Assembly (NCBI GenBank): GCA_963555825.3
Contig: CAUVXB020000002.1
Location: 512,001 to 576,000, forward strand
Origin: Alphaproteobacteria bacterium
GTDB taxonomy: Bacteria; Pseudomonadota; Alphaproteobacteria; JAAXGF01
Reading direction: 5' to 3'
Length of the DNA stretch: 64,000 bases
The notes beneath the pieces were generated by a model, which did not search any database, was not told the origin of the DNA, and saw only the letters and a program-made list of their open reading frames with translations. Each line of letters opens with the position of its first letter. Within the stretch, counting starts at the first letter, position 1. Of the stretch, positions 44,068 through 56,244 are shown in pieces. The position numbers and the translations under genes are program-made.

Positions 44068-45197
44068 GCCGGCGCTGGAACATTTCGGCACTGGCGGCGC
44101 TGGCGGCGGCCGTGCTTGCGGCGGTAGTGCCTATCGCGACGCCAGGCACGCCGGCGATCGGCTTTTTCGGCGAGCCGGTCATGACGGTCGCCTGGCTGGC
44201 GGCGCTCGCCGTGGCGGCCTGGGTGCTGTGGCGACCCTCGACAACCGTCATCGCCGGCCTTGTCCTCTTGTGCGTCGTCCTGCTCGGCGGCCTCGCGACG
44301 CTGGCCGCGATTGTGCCGGGCGGCGCCAAGGGGTTTGGCGCCCTCGGTTTCTGGTGCTTCATCGTGGCGCTCGCCTTCCTGGTCTGGCGCGGCATGGCCG
44401 TGATGTCCGACTGCGCGGTCGAGAGCGCCGCCTTGCAGCGCTGCCTGAACGTCGTCGTGCCGGCCGCCTTCGGCTTCTGGATCCTTTATCTCTGGGAGAT
44501 CGTCGTCGTTGGCTTCGGCATCTCGCCGATCCTGCTGCCGGCGCCATCGGCGATCGGCGTATCGATCGCCCAGAACCTCGACGTGCTGGCGGCCGACTTC
44601 TACCAGACCTTCGCCAAGGCGGTGCTGTCGGGCTACGTCATGGGCTGCGGCGCGGGCTTCCTGGTCGGCGTGTTGGTCGACCGCGTGCCCTTCCTGCAGC
44701 GCGGTCTCCTGCCGCTCGGCAATCTGATCAGCGCGCTACCGATCGTCGGCGTCGCGCCGATCATGGTCATGTGGTTCGGTTTCGACTGGCAGTCGAAGGC
44801 CGCGGTCGTCGTCATCATGACCTTCTTTCCGATGCTGGTGAACACCATCGCGGGTCTCGCCGCCGCCGGCCGCATGGAGCGCGACCTGATGCGCTCCTAC
44901 GGCGCGAGCTATCTGGAAACCCTGATCAAGCTGCGCCTGCCGATCGGCTTGCCCTTCGTCTTCAACGCGTTGAAGATCAACTCGACGCTGGCGCTGATCG
45001 GTGCCATCGTTGCCGAGTTCTTCGGCACGCCGATCGTCGGCATGGGCTTTCGCATTTCGACCGAGGTAGGGCGCATGAATTTGGACATGGTCTGGGCGAC
45101 GATTGCGGTGGCGGCGCTCGCCGGATCGCTGTTCTACGGTGCGGTTGCGCTGCTCGAGCGGACCCTGACCTTCTGGCATCCATCGTTCCGGCGCTAA
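44064..45197 (+). CDS. Pyrimidine ABC transporter permease
   Basis: LLPAPS, FFPMLVNT, LIGAIVAEFFG; GTG start overlapping upstream stop. Confidence 0.88.
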   Translation: MSRRWNISALAALAAAVLAAVVPIATPGTPAIGFFGEPVMTVAWLAALAVAAWVLWRPSTTVIAGLVLLCVVLLGGLATLAAIVPGGAKGFGALGFWCFIVALAFLVWRGMAVMSDCAVESAALQRCLNVVVPAAFGFWILYLWEIVVVGFGISPILLPAPSAIGVSIAQNLDVLAADFYQTFAKAVLSGYVMGCGAGFLVGVLVDRVPFLQRGLLPLGNLISALPIVGVAPIMVMWFGFDWQSKAAVVVIMTFFPMLVNTIAGLAAAGRMERDLMRSYGASYLETLIKLRLPIGLPFVFNALKINSTLALIGAIVAEFFGTPIVGMGFRISTEVGRMNLDMVWATIAVAALAGSLFYGAVALLERTLTFWHPSFRR

Positions 45198-45248
45198 CAG
45201 CCGGGCGGAGACAACACGAGAAAACCATTACTCAAGGGAGACAAACCG

Positions 45249-46247
45249 ATGCGTAGACTAATGACAATGGCGATGGCCCTGACCCTGGGCCTCGGACTTG
45301 CGGTCCAGAGCGCCGCGGCGGCCGACGCGGTCACCATCCAGCTCAAATGGGTGACCCAGGCGCAGTTCGCCGGCTATTTCGTCGCCAAGGACAAGGGGCT
45401 CTACGAGGCCGAAGGTCTCGACGTCACGATCAACCCCGGCGGCCCCGACATCTCGCCGCCCCAGGTCATCGTCGGCGGCGGCGCCGACGTGATCATCAAC
45501 TGGATGCCCTCGGCGCTGGCGTCGCGCGAGAAGGGCGTGCCGCTGGTCAACATCGCCCAGCCGTTCAAGCGCTCGGGCATGATGCTGACGTGCCGCAAGA
45601 AGACCGGCATCAAGGGACCGCAGGACTTCCGCGGCAAGACCCTGGGGGTCTGGTTCTTCGGCAACGAGTATCCCTTCCTCAGCTGGATGTCGCGGCTCGG
45701 CATTCCGACCACGGGCGGTGACGACGGCGTCACGGTGCTGAAGCAGGGCTTCAACGTCGATCCGATCCTGCAGAAGCAGGCCGATTGCATTTCGACCATG
45801 ACCTACAACGAGTATTGGCAGGTCATCGACGCCGGCCTTCCGGCCGACGAACTGGTCGTCTTCAAATACGAAGACGAGGGCGTCGCGACACTCGAGGACG
45901 GCCTCTACGTGCTCGAGGACAACCTCGAGGACCCGGCCTTCGTCGACCGCATGGCCCGCTTCGTGCGCGCCACCATGAAGGGCTTCGACTGGGCGCGCGA
46001 GAACCCCAAGGCCGCCGCCCTGATCGTGCTCGACAACGACATGACCGGCGCCCAGACCGAGAAGCATCAGGTGCGCATGATGGGCGAGATCAACAAGCTC
46101 ACGGCAGGCAGCTCCGGCAAACTCGACCCGGCCGACTTCGACCGCACGGTCAACACGCTCTTGTCGGGCGGTTCGGACCCGGTCATCACCAAGGCGCCGA
46201 CCGGCGCCTGGACGCACGCAGTGACCGATAAGGCAGGCTTGATGTAG
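45249..46247 (+). CDS. ABC substrate-binding protein (NMT1/THI5-like)
   Basis: QLKWVTQAQFAG, signal peptide. Confidence 0.9.
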   Translation: MRRLMTMAMALTLGLGLAVQSAAAADAVTIQLKWVTQAQFAGYFVAKDKGLYEAEGLDVTINPGGPDISPPQVIVGGGADVIINWMPSALASREKGVPLVNIAQPFKRSGMMLTCRKKTGIKGPQDFRGKTLGVWFFGNEYPFLSWMSRLGIPTTGGDDGVTVLKQGFNVDPILQKQADCISTMTYNEYWQVIDAGLPADELVVFKYEDEGVATLEDGLYVLEDNLEDPAFVDRMARFVRATMKGFDWARENPKAAALIVLDNDMTGAQTEKHQVRMMGEINKLTAGSSGKLDPADFDRTVNTLLSGGSDPVITKAPTGAWTHAVTDKAGLM

Positions 46248-46320
46248 GGCGCGCATTGCGCGTTTGAGCTAGTACCAGTTCAGGGGGCGGCGCGGGCGCG
46301 CCGTCCCCCGAGGCAACTGA

Positions 46321-47796
<1,476 letters not shown>

Positions 47797-47906
47797 CCGG
47801 GCGGATATCGGGCGAACGACTGCGGGGCCGCATCGGCCGCGATGCGACGCCGCAGCCTTTGTTGTGTCCGCGGCCAAATCATGACCGACCGGAGGGGACG
47901 CGACCG

Positions 47907-48356
47907 ATGGGACAGTGGATCTTTCTTCTGATGGCGGTCGCGGCGGGCAGCTGCCTGCCGCTGCAGGCCGGCATCAACACCGGCCTCGCCAAGGGCCTGG
48001 GCCATCCGATCAGCGCCGCCTTCGTCTCCTTCCTCGCCGGCACGACAATCCTGTTCGCCTATGTGCTGGTCGCGCGCCTGCCGCTGCCGGCGCTCGGCCG
48101 GCTGCCGGTGCTGCCGTGGTGGACCTGGATCGGCGGCGGCTTCCTCGGCGCCTATTTCGTCTCGGCGACGATCATCGCGGCGCCCCGGCTCGGCGCCACC
48201 GTGCTGGTCGTGACGATCATCGCCGGGCAGGTCCTGGTCGCCATGCTGCTCGACCACAAGGGCTGGCTGGGCTTCGAGCAACGCCCGATCAGCCTGGGCC
48301 GCATCGCCGGCATCGCCTGCCTGATCGCCGGCGTCTACCTGGCCCGGAGATTTTAG
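47907..48356 (+). CDS. DMT-family (YdcZ-like) membrane protein
   Basis: Q.GIN, PWW.WIGG.LGA, GQ...A..LDH.G. Confidence 0.85.
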   Translation: MGQWIFLLMAVAAGSCLPLQAGINTGLAKGLGHPISAAFVSFLAGTTILFAYVLVARLPLPALGRLPVLPWWTWIGGGFLGAYFVSATIIAAPRLGATVLVVTIIAGQVLVAMLLDHKGWLGFEQRPISLGRIAGIACLIAGVYLARRF

Positions 48357-48359
48357 AGA

Positions 48360-48489
48360 TTTGTGCGATCGATCAGGATCGGTCCGGTTGTTTCAGCCCG
48401 CGACCGCGGGCCGCCGACCGTTCGGCGGAAGCATGCGCGGCGATTGAGCGCAGGTCAGCTTTGCGTGAGCCAAAGGTGACCGCACAAAA
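48360..48489. repeat. Structured motif, copy Y (homologue at 23457-23643)
   Basis: Closed by TTTGTGCG/CGCACAAA; shared identical blocks. Confidence 0.75.
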
Positions 48490-48509
48490 AAAGAAACAGG
48501 AGATAAACC

Positions 48510-49298
48510 ATGAGTGGACGGCTCGAGGGACGGACGGCGATCGTCACCGGCGCGGCGTCGGGCATCGGCCGGGCGATCGCGCTGCGCTTCGCGGCGGAAG
48601 GCGCCATCGTCGTCGTTGCCGATGTCACCCAGACGCCGCGCGAGGGCGGCGAGACGACGCTTGCGCTGGTCGAGGCGGCCGGCGGGCGCGCCGCGTTCGT
48701 CGAGACCGACGTCGCGAGCGACGCCCAGGTCGCGGCGCTGATCGCCGGCGTCACCGAACGACACGGCCGGCTCGACGTCATGGTCAACAACGCCGCGGTC
48801 TCGACCGGCCAGCGCCTGACCGAGACCGAGGAGAAGGATTGGGACCGGGTCATGAGCGTCAACCTCAAGGGCGTCTACCTGTGCTGCCGCCGCGCGGTCG
48901 AGCAGATGCTGCGCCAGGAGCCGCGCGGCGCGGCGGGCAACGAATGTCGCGGGCGCATCGTCAATATCTCGTCGCAGCACGGCATGGTCTCGGCGCCCGG
49001 CGACTTCGCCTACGGCGTGAGCAAGTCGGGCGTCGTCTACATGACGCGCCAGATCGCCGCCGATTACGCCACCGACGGCATCATCTGCAACGCGGTCGCG
49101 CCGGGCAAGATCCTGACCGGCAAGGGCGGCGACGCGGTGACGCCGCAGGCGCTGGCGTATTCGCGCGCGCACACGCCGATGCCGCGCCTCGGCCGGCCCG
49201 AGGACGTCGCCAACGCGGCGCTTTTCTTGGCGAGCGACGAGGCGACCTACATCACCGGCGAGAACCTGATGGTCGACGGCGGCTGGCGCGCCGCCTGA
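48510..49298 (+). CDS. SDR-family oxidoreductase
   Basis: TGAASGIG, NNA, YGVSK, VDGG. Confidence 0.92.
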   Translation: MSGRLEGRTAIVTGAASGIGRAIALRFAAEGAIVVVADVTQTPREGGETTLALVEAAGGRAAFVETDVASDAQVAALIAGVTERHGRLDVMVNNAAVSTGQRLTETEEKDWDRVMSVNLKGVYLCCRRAVEQMLRQEPRGAAGNECRGRIVNISSQHGMVSAPGDFAYGVSKSGVVYMTRQIAADYATDGIICNAVAPGKILTGKGGDAVTPQALAYSRAHTPMPRLGRPEDVANAALFLASDEATYITGENLMVDGGWRAA

Positions 49299-49309
49299 CG
49301 ACCCGCATC

Positions 49310-49470
49310 TTTAAACGTAAGCTGTATACCTTTTCCACGAAAATTAAATCGTAAGCATTATATATTCTCTGTCGACATGATGGCGGTGTCGATCGCGGCG
49401 AAGCCGCTTTAAAATATATACTGCTTACGTTTTACTCGCGCGTCTTAAATGTATACCGCTTATGTTTAAA
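49310..49470. repeat. AT-rich quasi-palindrome with four TATAnnGCTTAYG sites
   Basis: Two sites on each strand, 34-35 bp spacing, between convergent genes. Confidence 0.7.
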
Positions 49471-50439
49471 TCAGGCGATGCCGTCGGTGCCGGCGCCGCA
49501 GACGATGGCGGCGATGGTGGCTTCGGGATCGGCCGCGATGCGGCCGGTCTGAACGGCGGCGAGCGCCGCGGCGCCAGAGAGTTCGGCCGCGATGCCGGCC
49601 TCGAACCACAGCCAGCGCGCCGCGGCGCGCATCTCGTCGTCGGTGACCAGCACGATCTCATCGACCTTGGAACGCACGATGTCGAGGTTGATCTCGGCGC
49701 TGCGCCGCGGCGCCAGCGTCACCGCGTCGGTCTCGACCGTTTCCAGCGTGGTCACCACGCCCGCCGCCAGGGCGGTGCTCAGCGTCGGCGCGCCGACCGG
49801 CTCGACGCCGATGACGCGGATGTCGGGCACCATCGCCTTGGCCGCCGTCGCGACGCCCGAGATCAGGCCACCGCCGCCGATCGCAACGACCAGGACGTCG
49901 ATGCCGGGCGACTGTTTGAGCATCTCGCGCCCGACCGTGCCCTGGCCGGCGATGACGGCCGGATCGGCGAAGGGGTGGATGTAGCTCAGCCCGTCGCGCC
50001 AGGCGCGCGCCATTGCGGCCTCGTTGGCGTCGTCCCACAGCGCGCCCTCGATGACCACCTCGGCGCCCCAGGCGCGCAATCTCTCGGCCTTCGCCGCCGG
50101 CACGTTCTCGGACAGATAGATGACCGTTCGTGCGCCCGAGGCGTGCCCGGCATAGGCCACCGCGATGCCGTGGTTGCCGCCCGAGGCGGTGATGATGCCG
50201 CGCCCGAGCGCCGCGGAATCGAGGCCGAGCACGGCGTTGTTGGCGCCACGCGCCTTGAACGAGCCGGTCACCTGCAGGCATTCGAGCTTGAGCAACAACG
50301 GGCCGTCGTGCAGCGGGTTCAAGGTGAAGCGGCTGCGCAGGCACGGCGTGCGGCGCACGCGGCCGGCGATGCGCTCGGCGGCGGCCTCGATATCGTCCAA
50401 GCTAACGCGGGGTGTCTCCGGGGCGGTCTCGGCATCCAT
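49471..50439 (-). CDS. PLP-dependent threonine/serine dehydratase
   Basis: KLECLQVTGSFKARG, SGGNHG, IGGGGL. Confidence 0.9.
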   Translation of the reverse strand: MDAETAPETPRVSLDDIEAAAERIAGRVRRTPCLRSRFTLNPLHDGPLLLKLECLQVTGSFKARGANNAVLGLDSAALGRGIITASGGNHGIAVAYAGHASGARTVIYLSENVPAAKAERLRAWGAEVVIEGALWDDANEAAMARAWRDGLSYIHPFADPAVIAGQGTVGREMLKQSPGIDVLVVAIGGGGLISGVATAAKAMVPDIRVIGVEPVGAPTLSTALAAGVVTTLETVETDAVTLAPRRSAEINLDIVRSKVDEIVLVTDDEMRAAARWLWFEAGIAAELSGAAALAAVQTGRIAADPEATIAAIVCGAGTDGIA

Positions 50440-50541
50440 CGCTGATCTCCCAATGGCGCGTTGACAACTTATCGCAAGCGCCCCTGAATAGCGCAAGACA
50501 TGCGGCCGATCGGGTCGAACTAACGATAAGGGAGACACCCC

Positions 50542-51420
50542 GTGTCACGCGACGTCATCGTCACCTGCGCCGTCACCGGCGGCCATCAGATGCACACCAA
50601 GCATCCCGACTATCCGATCACGCCGGCGCAAATCGCCGCGACCTGCCTCGAGGCGCGCCAGGCGGGCGCCGCGATCTGCCACATCCACGTGCGCGAACCC
50701 GAGACCGGCATGCCGACCGGCGAAGTCGCGCTCTACCGCGAGGTGGTCGAGCGCATCCGCGATTCGGGCAGCGACATCTTGATCAACCTGACGACCGGCT
50801 ACGGCGGCCGCTACGTGCCGAGCGCGGACGACCCGCGTGTTGCCGGCCCGGGCACCTCGCTGATGCAGCCCGAGGAACGCGTCGTCCACGTCGAGCAACT
50901 GCTGCCCGATATCTGCAGCCTCGACGTCGGCACCTTCAACTTCGGCGCCGCGGTGTTCATGAACACGCCCGACCACCTGCGCCGCATGGCGACGCGCATT
51001 CAGGCGTCCGGCGTCAAGCCCGAGATCGAGGTCTTCGATTCGGGTCACATCGTCTTCGCCAACGAGATGATCGGCCAAGGCCTGGTCGACGACCCGCCGA
51101 TGTTCCAGCTCTGCCTGGGCATCCCCTACGCCTCGCCGGCGACCGCCGACGCGATGGCCTATATGAGCAGCCTGTTGCCCGACAATGCGCGCTGGAGCGC
51201 CTTCGGCATCTCGCGCCAGCAGTTCCCGATGGTCGGCGAGGCGGTCGCGCGCGGCGGCAACGTGCGCGTCGGGCTCGAGGACAATCTCTACATCGCCAAG
51301 GGCGAGTTCGCGACCAACGCCGGGCTCGTCGAGAAGGCGGTCGACATCATCCGCGAGCACGGCGCAGAGCCCGCCGAACCGGCGCGCGCCAGGGAGATTC
51401 TGGGTCTGCCAGAAGCGTAA
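50542..51420 (+). CDS. 3-keto-5-aminohexanoate cleavage (BKACE) family protein
   Basis: TCAVTG, HIHVR, RVGLEDN. Confidence 0.92.
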   Translation: MSRDVIVTCAVTGGHQMHTKHPDYPITPAQIAATCLEARQAGAAICHIHVREPETGMPTGEVALYREVVERIRDSGSDILINLTTGYGGRYVPSADDPRVAGPGTSLMQPEERVVHVEQLLPDICSLDVGTFNFGAAVFMNTPDHLRRMATRIQASGVKPEIEVFDSGHIVFANEMIGQGLVDDPPMFQLCLGIPYASPATADAMAYMSSLLPDNARWSAFGISRQQFPMVGEAVARGGNVRVGLEDNLYIAKGEFATNAGLVEKAVDIIREHGAEPAEPARAREILGLPEA

Positions 51421-51471
51421 CCGACACCACCTCGACAGCGTCCGACGCGATCCGGCGGCTTTGCTCGCTAG

Positions 51472-53454
51472 TCAGATCTCGGTCGCGACCTTGAAGCCTT
51501 CGAAGACGGCCTCCTCGGCGGTGCGGGGGCTGAGGCAGTCGCCGATCAGGTGGAGCTCGCCCGGGTAGTCCGCCAGTGCCTGTTCGAGGCCGGTGACCGG
51601 CTCGTGGCCGAGCGACGTGACCAGGGTGTCGATGCCCTCGCAATAGATCGGCTCGCCGCTGGTGGTGTGCTGGAGATAGACGGTGTCGGCGTCGACGCCG
51701 GCGAGGCGCGAATAAGTGACGATGTTGACGCCCAGTTTGTGCAGCTCGCCGACCCAGCGGTCGCGGACGTACTGCTGGATCGACTGGCCCGCCATGCTGC
51801 CGTTGACCGCGAGCGTAACGATGCAGCCGTCGCGCGCCAGCTTTTCGGCGACGCCGAGCCCGATCCAGTCGCAGCGCCAGTCGGCGATGACGACGTTGGT
51901 GCCGACGTTGGCCTCGTCCTTGATGACCTGCCAGGCGTCGACGACGTGGGCGTCGGCGGCACCCTCGATCGGCGGCCGGCGCACCGTCGCGCCGGTCGCG
52001 ACGATGACGACGTCGGGACGCTCGGCGTCGATCAGCGCGCGCGTCACCTCGGTCCCTTTGACGATCTCGACGCCGGCCAGTTCCATCTCGCGCGCGAAGT
52101 TCGTGACGATGCCGCCGAACTCGGCCCGCCCGGGCAGCAGCTGGGCCAAGAGCGCCTGGCCACCGAGCCGGTCGGCGCGCTCGTAGAGCGTCACCCGGTG
52201 GCCGCGTTCGGCCGCCACCGCCGCCGCCTTCATGCCGCCCGGACCGCCGCCGGCGACGAGCACCTTGCGCGGCGTCTCGGCGCGCACCTGTGTGCCGTAG
52301 ACCGTCTCGCGCCCGGACACCGGGTTCTGGATGCACGAGACCGGAAAGCCCTGCCACATATGCCCGATGCACGCCTGATTGCAGGCGATGCAGGCGCGGA
52401 TGTCGTCGAGCCGGCCGGCCGCGGCCTTGCCGGCCATCTCGGGGTCGCAGATCATGGCGCGCGTCATGCCGCACATGTCGGCCTGGCCCGAGGCGACGAT
52501 GCGCTCGGCGACCTGCGGCTGGTTGATGCGTCCGGCGACGAAGACCGGCACCGAGACCCGGGCCTTGATCGCCGCGGCGTAGGGCGCGACATAGCCCGCC
52601 TCGATGTTCATCGGCGGCACGATATGGACCGAGCCGGCCAGCCCGGTCGACGACCCGGCGATGACGTTGAAGTAATCGAGCCCGCCGTCGCTGTCGAGCA
52701 GCACGGTGCTCTCGAGGCTCTCGTCGGGGGTCAGCCCCTCGTGCTCCAGCTCGTCGCCCGAGATGCGCATGCCGACGACCATGTCGCGGCCGATCCCGTG
52801 GCGCACCTCGGCGACGATCTCGCGGTGCAGCCGGAGCCTGTTTTCGAGGCTGCCGCCGTACTCGTCAGCGCGCCGATTGACCCGCGAATTGAGGAACTGG
52901 GAGAGCAGGTAACCTTGGCTGGCCGAGATCTCGACGCCGTCGACGCCCGCCTCACGCATGCGCGCCGCGGCGGCGCCATAACCGGCGACGATCTCGCCGA
53001 TCATCGCCTTCGAAAGCTCGCGTGGCATGACGTGGAAGCGCTCGTTGGGCATCGCCGACGGCGCGAAGGCGACCGGCGCAACGCCGTCGAGGCTACCGAT
53101 ATTCTCGCGTCCCTGGTGGCCGAGCTGGGCAAACAGCTTGCAGCCGTGGGCATGCACGGCCGCCGCGATGCGCGCGTAGCCCGGGATGCAGTCGTCGTCG
53201 TAGAGCTTGATCAGAATCGGGTTGCCGCTCCAGTGGACCGACGCCGATTCGGTGATGATCAGACCGGCGCCGCCGGCCGCCCGCGCAGCGTGATAGGCGA
53301 CCAGCTCGTCGCTCGGCAGGCGGTCGCGCGCCAGCACCGTCATATGCGCGGTCGAGAAGATCCGGTTGCGCAGCGTGATTGGACCGACGACGAGCGGCGA
53401 GAACAGGTTGGGCAGCGGCATGACGTTCCTCGCGATGGTGGCGGTCCTCGTCAT
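51472..53454 (-). CDS. NADH:flavin oxidoreductase (OYE-like with Fe-S; StcD/DgcA-like)
   Basis: LRNRI, N.R.DEYGGSLENR, CIACNQAC, GGGPGG; start uncertain (53454 or 53421). Confidence 0.88.
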   Translation of the reverse strand: MTRTATIARNVMPLPNLFSPLVVGPITLRNRIFSTAHMTVLARDRLPSDELVAYHAARAAGGAGLIITESASVHWSGNPILIKLYDDDCIPGYARIAAAVHAHGCKLFAQLGHQGRENIGSLDGVAPVAFAPSAMPNERFHVMPRELSKAMIGEIVAGYGAAAARMREAGVDGVEISASQGYLLSQFLNSRVNRRADEYGGSLENRLRLHREIVAEVRHGIGRDMVVGMRISGDELEHEGLTPDESLESTVLLDSDGGLDYFNVIAGSSTGLAGSVHIVPPMNIEAGYVAPYAAAIKARVSVPVFVAGRINQPQVAERIVASGQADMCGMTRAMICDPEMAGKAAAGRLDDIRACIACNQACIGHMWQGFPVSCIQNPVSGRETVYGTQVRAETPRKVLVAGGGPGGMKAAAVAAERGHRVTLYERADRLGGQALLAQLLPGRAEFGGIVTNFAREMELAGVEIVKGTEVTRALIDAERPDVVIVATGATVRRPPIEGAADAHVVDAWQVIKDEANVGTNVVIADWRCDWIGLGVAEKLARDGCIVTLAVNGSMAGQSIQQYVRDRWVGELHKLGVNIVTYSRLAGVDADTVYLQHTTSGEPIYCEGIDTLVTSLGHEPVTGLEQALADYPGELHLIGDCLSPRTAEEAVFEGFKVATEI

Positions 53455-53504
53455 CGGTGATACCCTACGGCCATGGCAACGGCCTGTCACGAAGGGCAAG
53501 ACGC

Positions 53505-54893
53505 ATGACGCGTGAGGCGGCGATCGCCGGCATCGGCGCGTATTTCGACGACGGCGGGTTCTTCGACGACCTGGCGCGCCGCGTCGCGATTCGCACCGAG
53601 AGCCAGGACCCGGCGCGGCGCGCCGAGCTTTACCGCTATCTGACCGACGAGATGACGCCGAGCCTCGCGGCGCTCGGCTTCGAATGCCGGGTTCATGAGA
53701 ACCCTGCCGCGCATGGCGGACCGTTCCTGGTCGCCCGCCGCCACGAAGGCGACGCGCTGCCGACGGTGATGAGCTACGGCCACGGCGACGTCGTGCTCGG
53801 CTACGACGAGCAATGGCGCGCCGGGCTGAACCCCTGGGTGCTGACCAAGGACGGCGCGCGCTGGTACGGCCGCGGCAGCGCCGACAACAAGGGCCAGCAC
53901 ACGATCAACATCGCCGCGCTTTCGCAGGTGCTGGCGGAACGAGGCTCGCTCGGCTTCAACGCCATCATGCTGATCGAGACCGGCGAGGAGGCCGGCTCGC
54001 CGGGCTTGCGCGAGTTCTGCGCCGCCAACGCGGCGCTGTTCACCGCCGACGTCTTCATCGCGTCCGACGGGCCCAGGCTCGCGCCCGACCGGCCGACCAT
54101 CTTCATGGGCTCGCGCGGCACCATGAACTTCGACCTCACGGTCGATCTGCGCGAGGGCGGCCACCATTCGGGCAATTGGGGCGGCTTGCTCGCCAACCCG
54201 GGTATCATCCTGGCCCATGCGATCGCCAGCCTGACCACGGCGAGCGGTGAAATCCTGGTGCCCGAATGGCGCCCGCCGCCGATCCCGGGCTCGGTGCGCG
54301 ACGCGATCGCCGGGCTCGAGATCGACGGCGGCGAGAACGCGCCGGCGATCGACCCCGATTGGGGCGAACCGGGGCTGAGCGCGGCCGAGAAGGTGTTCGC
54401 CTGGAACACCTTCGAGGTGCTCGCCTTCACGACCGGCAATCCAGAACACCCGGTCAACGCCGTGCCGCCGCGCGCCAGCGCGACCTGTCACATGCGCTAT
54501 GTCGTGCCGAGCCTGGCCGAGGATTTCGTGCCGGCGCTGCGCCGCCACCTCGACGAACGGGGTTTCGCCATGGTCGAGATCACGCCCCAAGAGGACAACA
54601 TGGCGGCGACCCGCCTCGACCCCGACCACCCCTGGGCGCGCTGGGCGGTCGCCTCGATCGAGGCGAGTACGGGCAAAGCCTGCGCGGTGCTGCCCAACCT
54701 GGGCGGCTCGCTGCCCAACGACGTGTTTTCCGAGCTGCTCGGCCTGCCGACCATCTGGGTGCCGCATTCCTACGCGTCGTGCTCGCAGCACGCGCCAAAC
54801 GAACACATCCTGGATCACGTCTCGCGCGAGGCGCTCGGGATCATGACCGGCCTGTTCTGGGACCTGGGCGCCCCCGGCACGCCGGGACGCTGA
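53505..54893 (+). CDS. M20-family metallopeptidase
   Basis: YGHGDVV, GRGSADNKGQH, GEE, QHAPNEH. Confidence 0.9.
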   Translation: MTREAAIAGIGAYFDDGGFFDDLARRVAIRTESQDPARRAELYRYLTDEMTPSLAALGFECRVHENPAAHGGPFLVARRHEGDALPTVMSYGHGDVVLGYDEQWRAGLNPWVLTKDGARWYGRGSADNKGQHTINIAALSQVLAERGSLGFNAIMLIETGEEAGSPGLREFCAANAALFTADVFIASDGPRLAPDRPTIFMGSRGTMNFDLTVDLREGGHHSGNWGGLLANPGIILAHAIASLTTASGEILVPEWRPPPIPGSVRDAIAGLEIDGGENAPAIDPDWGEPGLSAAEKVFAWNTFEVLAFTTGNPEHPVNAVPPRASATCHMRYVVPSLAEDFVPALRRHLDERGFAMVEITPQEDNMAATRLDPDHPWARWAVASIEASTGKACAVLPNLGGSLPNDVFSELLGLPTIWVPHSYASCSQHAPNEHILDHVSREALGIMTGLFWDLGAPGTPGR

Positions 54894-55060
54894 GCGGCGG
54901 CGGGCGATCGGGCTCACCCGACACTATCGGTGATTCAGTTGTCGCCAGCTTTCGAAGCCGTCCGGTCTCGAAAACCTTCGTCCCCTCGCCGCACTCAAGC
55001 AGTGCAACACCAACAATGACGAGAAGGGCGTCGCGCAATTACTAGGCCGTCTCGCCCGTT

Positions 55061-55948
55061 TTATCGCTCGGCGTACTGATTGCGTCTGGGTGTATTGCCG
55101 TCCGATGCGGATGGCGGTCGCCGCTCGAAAAGTTCCGGATGGGGATAGATGAGCTCGGTTTGCCGTGTAACCAGATCGTTGCGCTCGACATAGCGCCAGA
55201 TCGCCTTGACGGTATTGGTTTCGAATTGTCCGCGATGCCGCGCTGCCGCGGGATGATCATCGAAGAAGACGTTTGATCGGGTCATCGTGGCCAGCATCTG
55301 CTTGAGCGGCGAAAGGTGAATCATGGTGCCTCGGTAGCCGAGCCGTTGGTAGAGCGCCTGCGCCTCGTGGCGTTGCGTGATCGACATGCCGACGAGGTCA
55401 CCCTGCGCGGCGGCGAGGATTTCCAGCAGCCACTGGTTCGAGTTCTGATACTTCGTGCTGAACGGGTTGGCCACGGTGCTGTACGCGCGATGGTAGAAGC
55501 GACGCGCGTAACCCGCCTCGATTCGCGCCACGATCGCCTCTTGGAGCCGGCTGTCGAGCTCGAGAATGAGTATGTCCAGCGCGAAGGGGTCATCCAAGAG
55601 GAAGTTCAGCAAGCCTTGATCATAGATGTGTCCGATGTCGCGACCACAGGTGTTCAGCAAATGCACCAGCCCCCAACGGCCCTTCGGGTGATCGCGCCAG
55701 ACGAAGCCGATATGCGTGTAGCGCAAGCCGTACTCGCTCACGTCGCTGCCGACCCGCGCGATGAGGGCCAGTTCGGGGTTCGCCCTGTCGAGCTCGCGGT
55801 AAATCTGGACGGCCCATTCCGCGCGCCGCGCCAACTCTTCGCCCGAGATCGGCGCGGCCGTGCAGCCACCGCCGGCCATCGCCGGCGTCATCGCACTCAA
55901 CATCGCGATGCCGGCGCAGGCCAGCGCCTTGGCGATGCGGGAAATCAT
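55061..55948 (-). CDS. DUF2145-like secreted protein
   Basis: ARVGSD.S.YGLRYTH, HLLN.C, YQNSNQW. Confidence 0.75.
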   Translation of the reverse strand: MISRIAKALACAGIAMLSAMTPAMAGGGCTAAPISGEELARRAEWAVQIYRELDRANPELALIARVGSDVSEYGLRYTHIGFVWRDHPKGRWGLVHLLNTCGRDIGHIYDQGLLNFLLDDPFALDILILELDSRLQEAIVARIEAGYARRFYHRAYSTVANPFSTKYQNSNQWLLEILAAAQGDLVGMSITQRHEAQALYQRLGYRGTMIHLSPLKQMLATMTRSNVFFDDHPAAARHRGQFETNTVKAIWRYVERNDLVTRQTELIYPHPELFERRPPSASDGNTPRRNQYAER

Positions 55949-56244
55949 GAGCTCTCTCCATGATAGCTGCTGTGCACGAGAGAATGACCGATCTCATTGG
56001 GGACGAAGGCCAACACCTCGCTGCCCTGGTAGAGAACGTGGCCGGCTGCCGTCGAAACGACCGCTATCGATTGACCGACGCCGATGGCCGACGCGCCCAG
56101 CGCTTCGCCCGCTCCGGTCAATACGATGTGGCTTGCTTCGCCGACGCCCTTGAGGACGATCACCACGCTTTCGCCGACCACCTTGACCGATTCGACGACC
56201 AGCTGCCCGCCGGCGACCAGAATTTCGCTGGATCCGCGCACCAC
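55945..56244 (-). pseudogene. Small beta-rich partner gene of DUF2145, 5' end removed by IS21
   Basis: Overlaps DUF2145 start (ATGA); frame runs into IS end. Confidence 0.6.

Noticed and set aside
49440-49471. Chromosomal dif site
   Set aside because: XerD-like arm present, but no XerC arm at 6-bp spacing, and the motif occurs four times.
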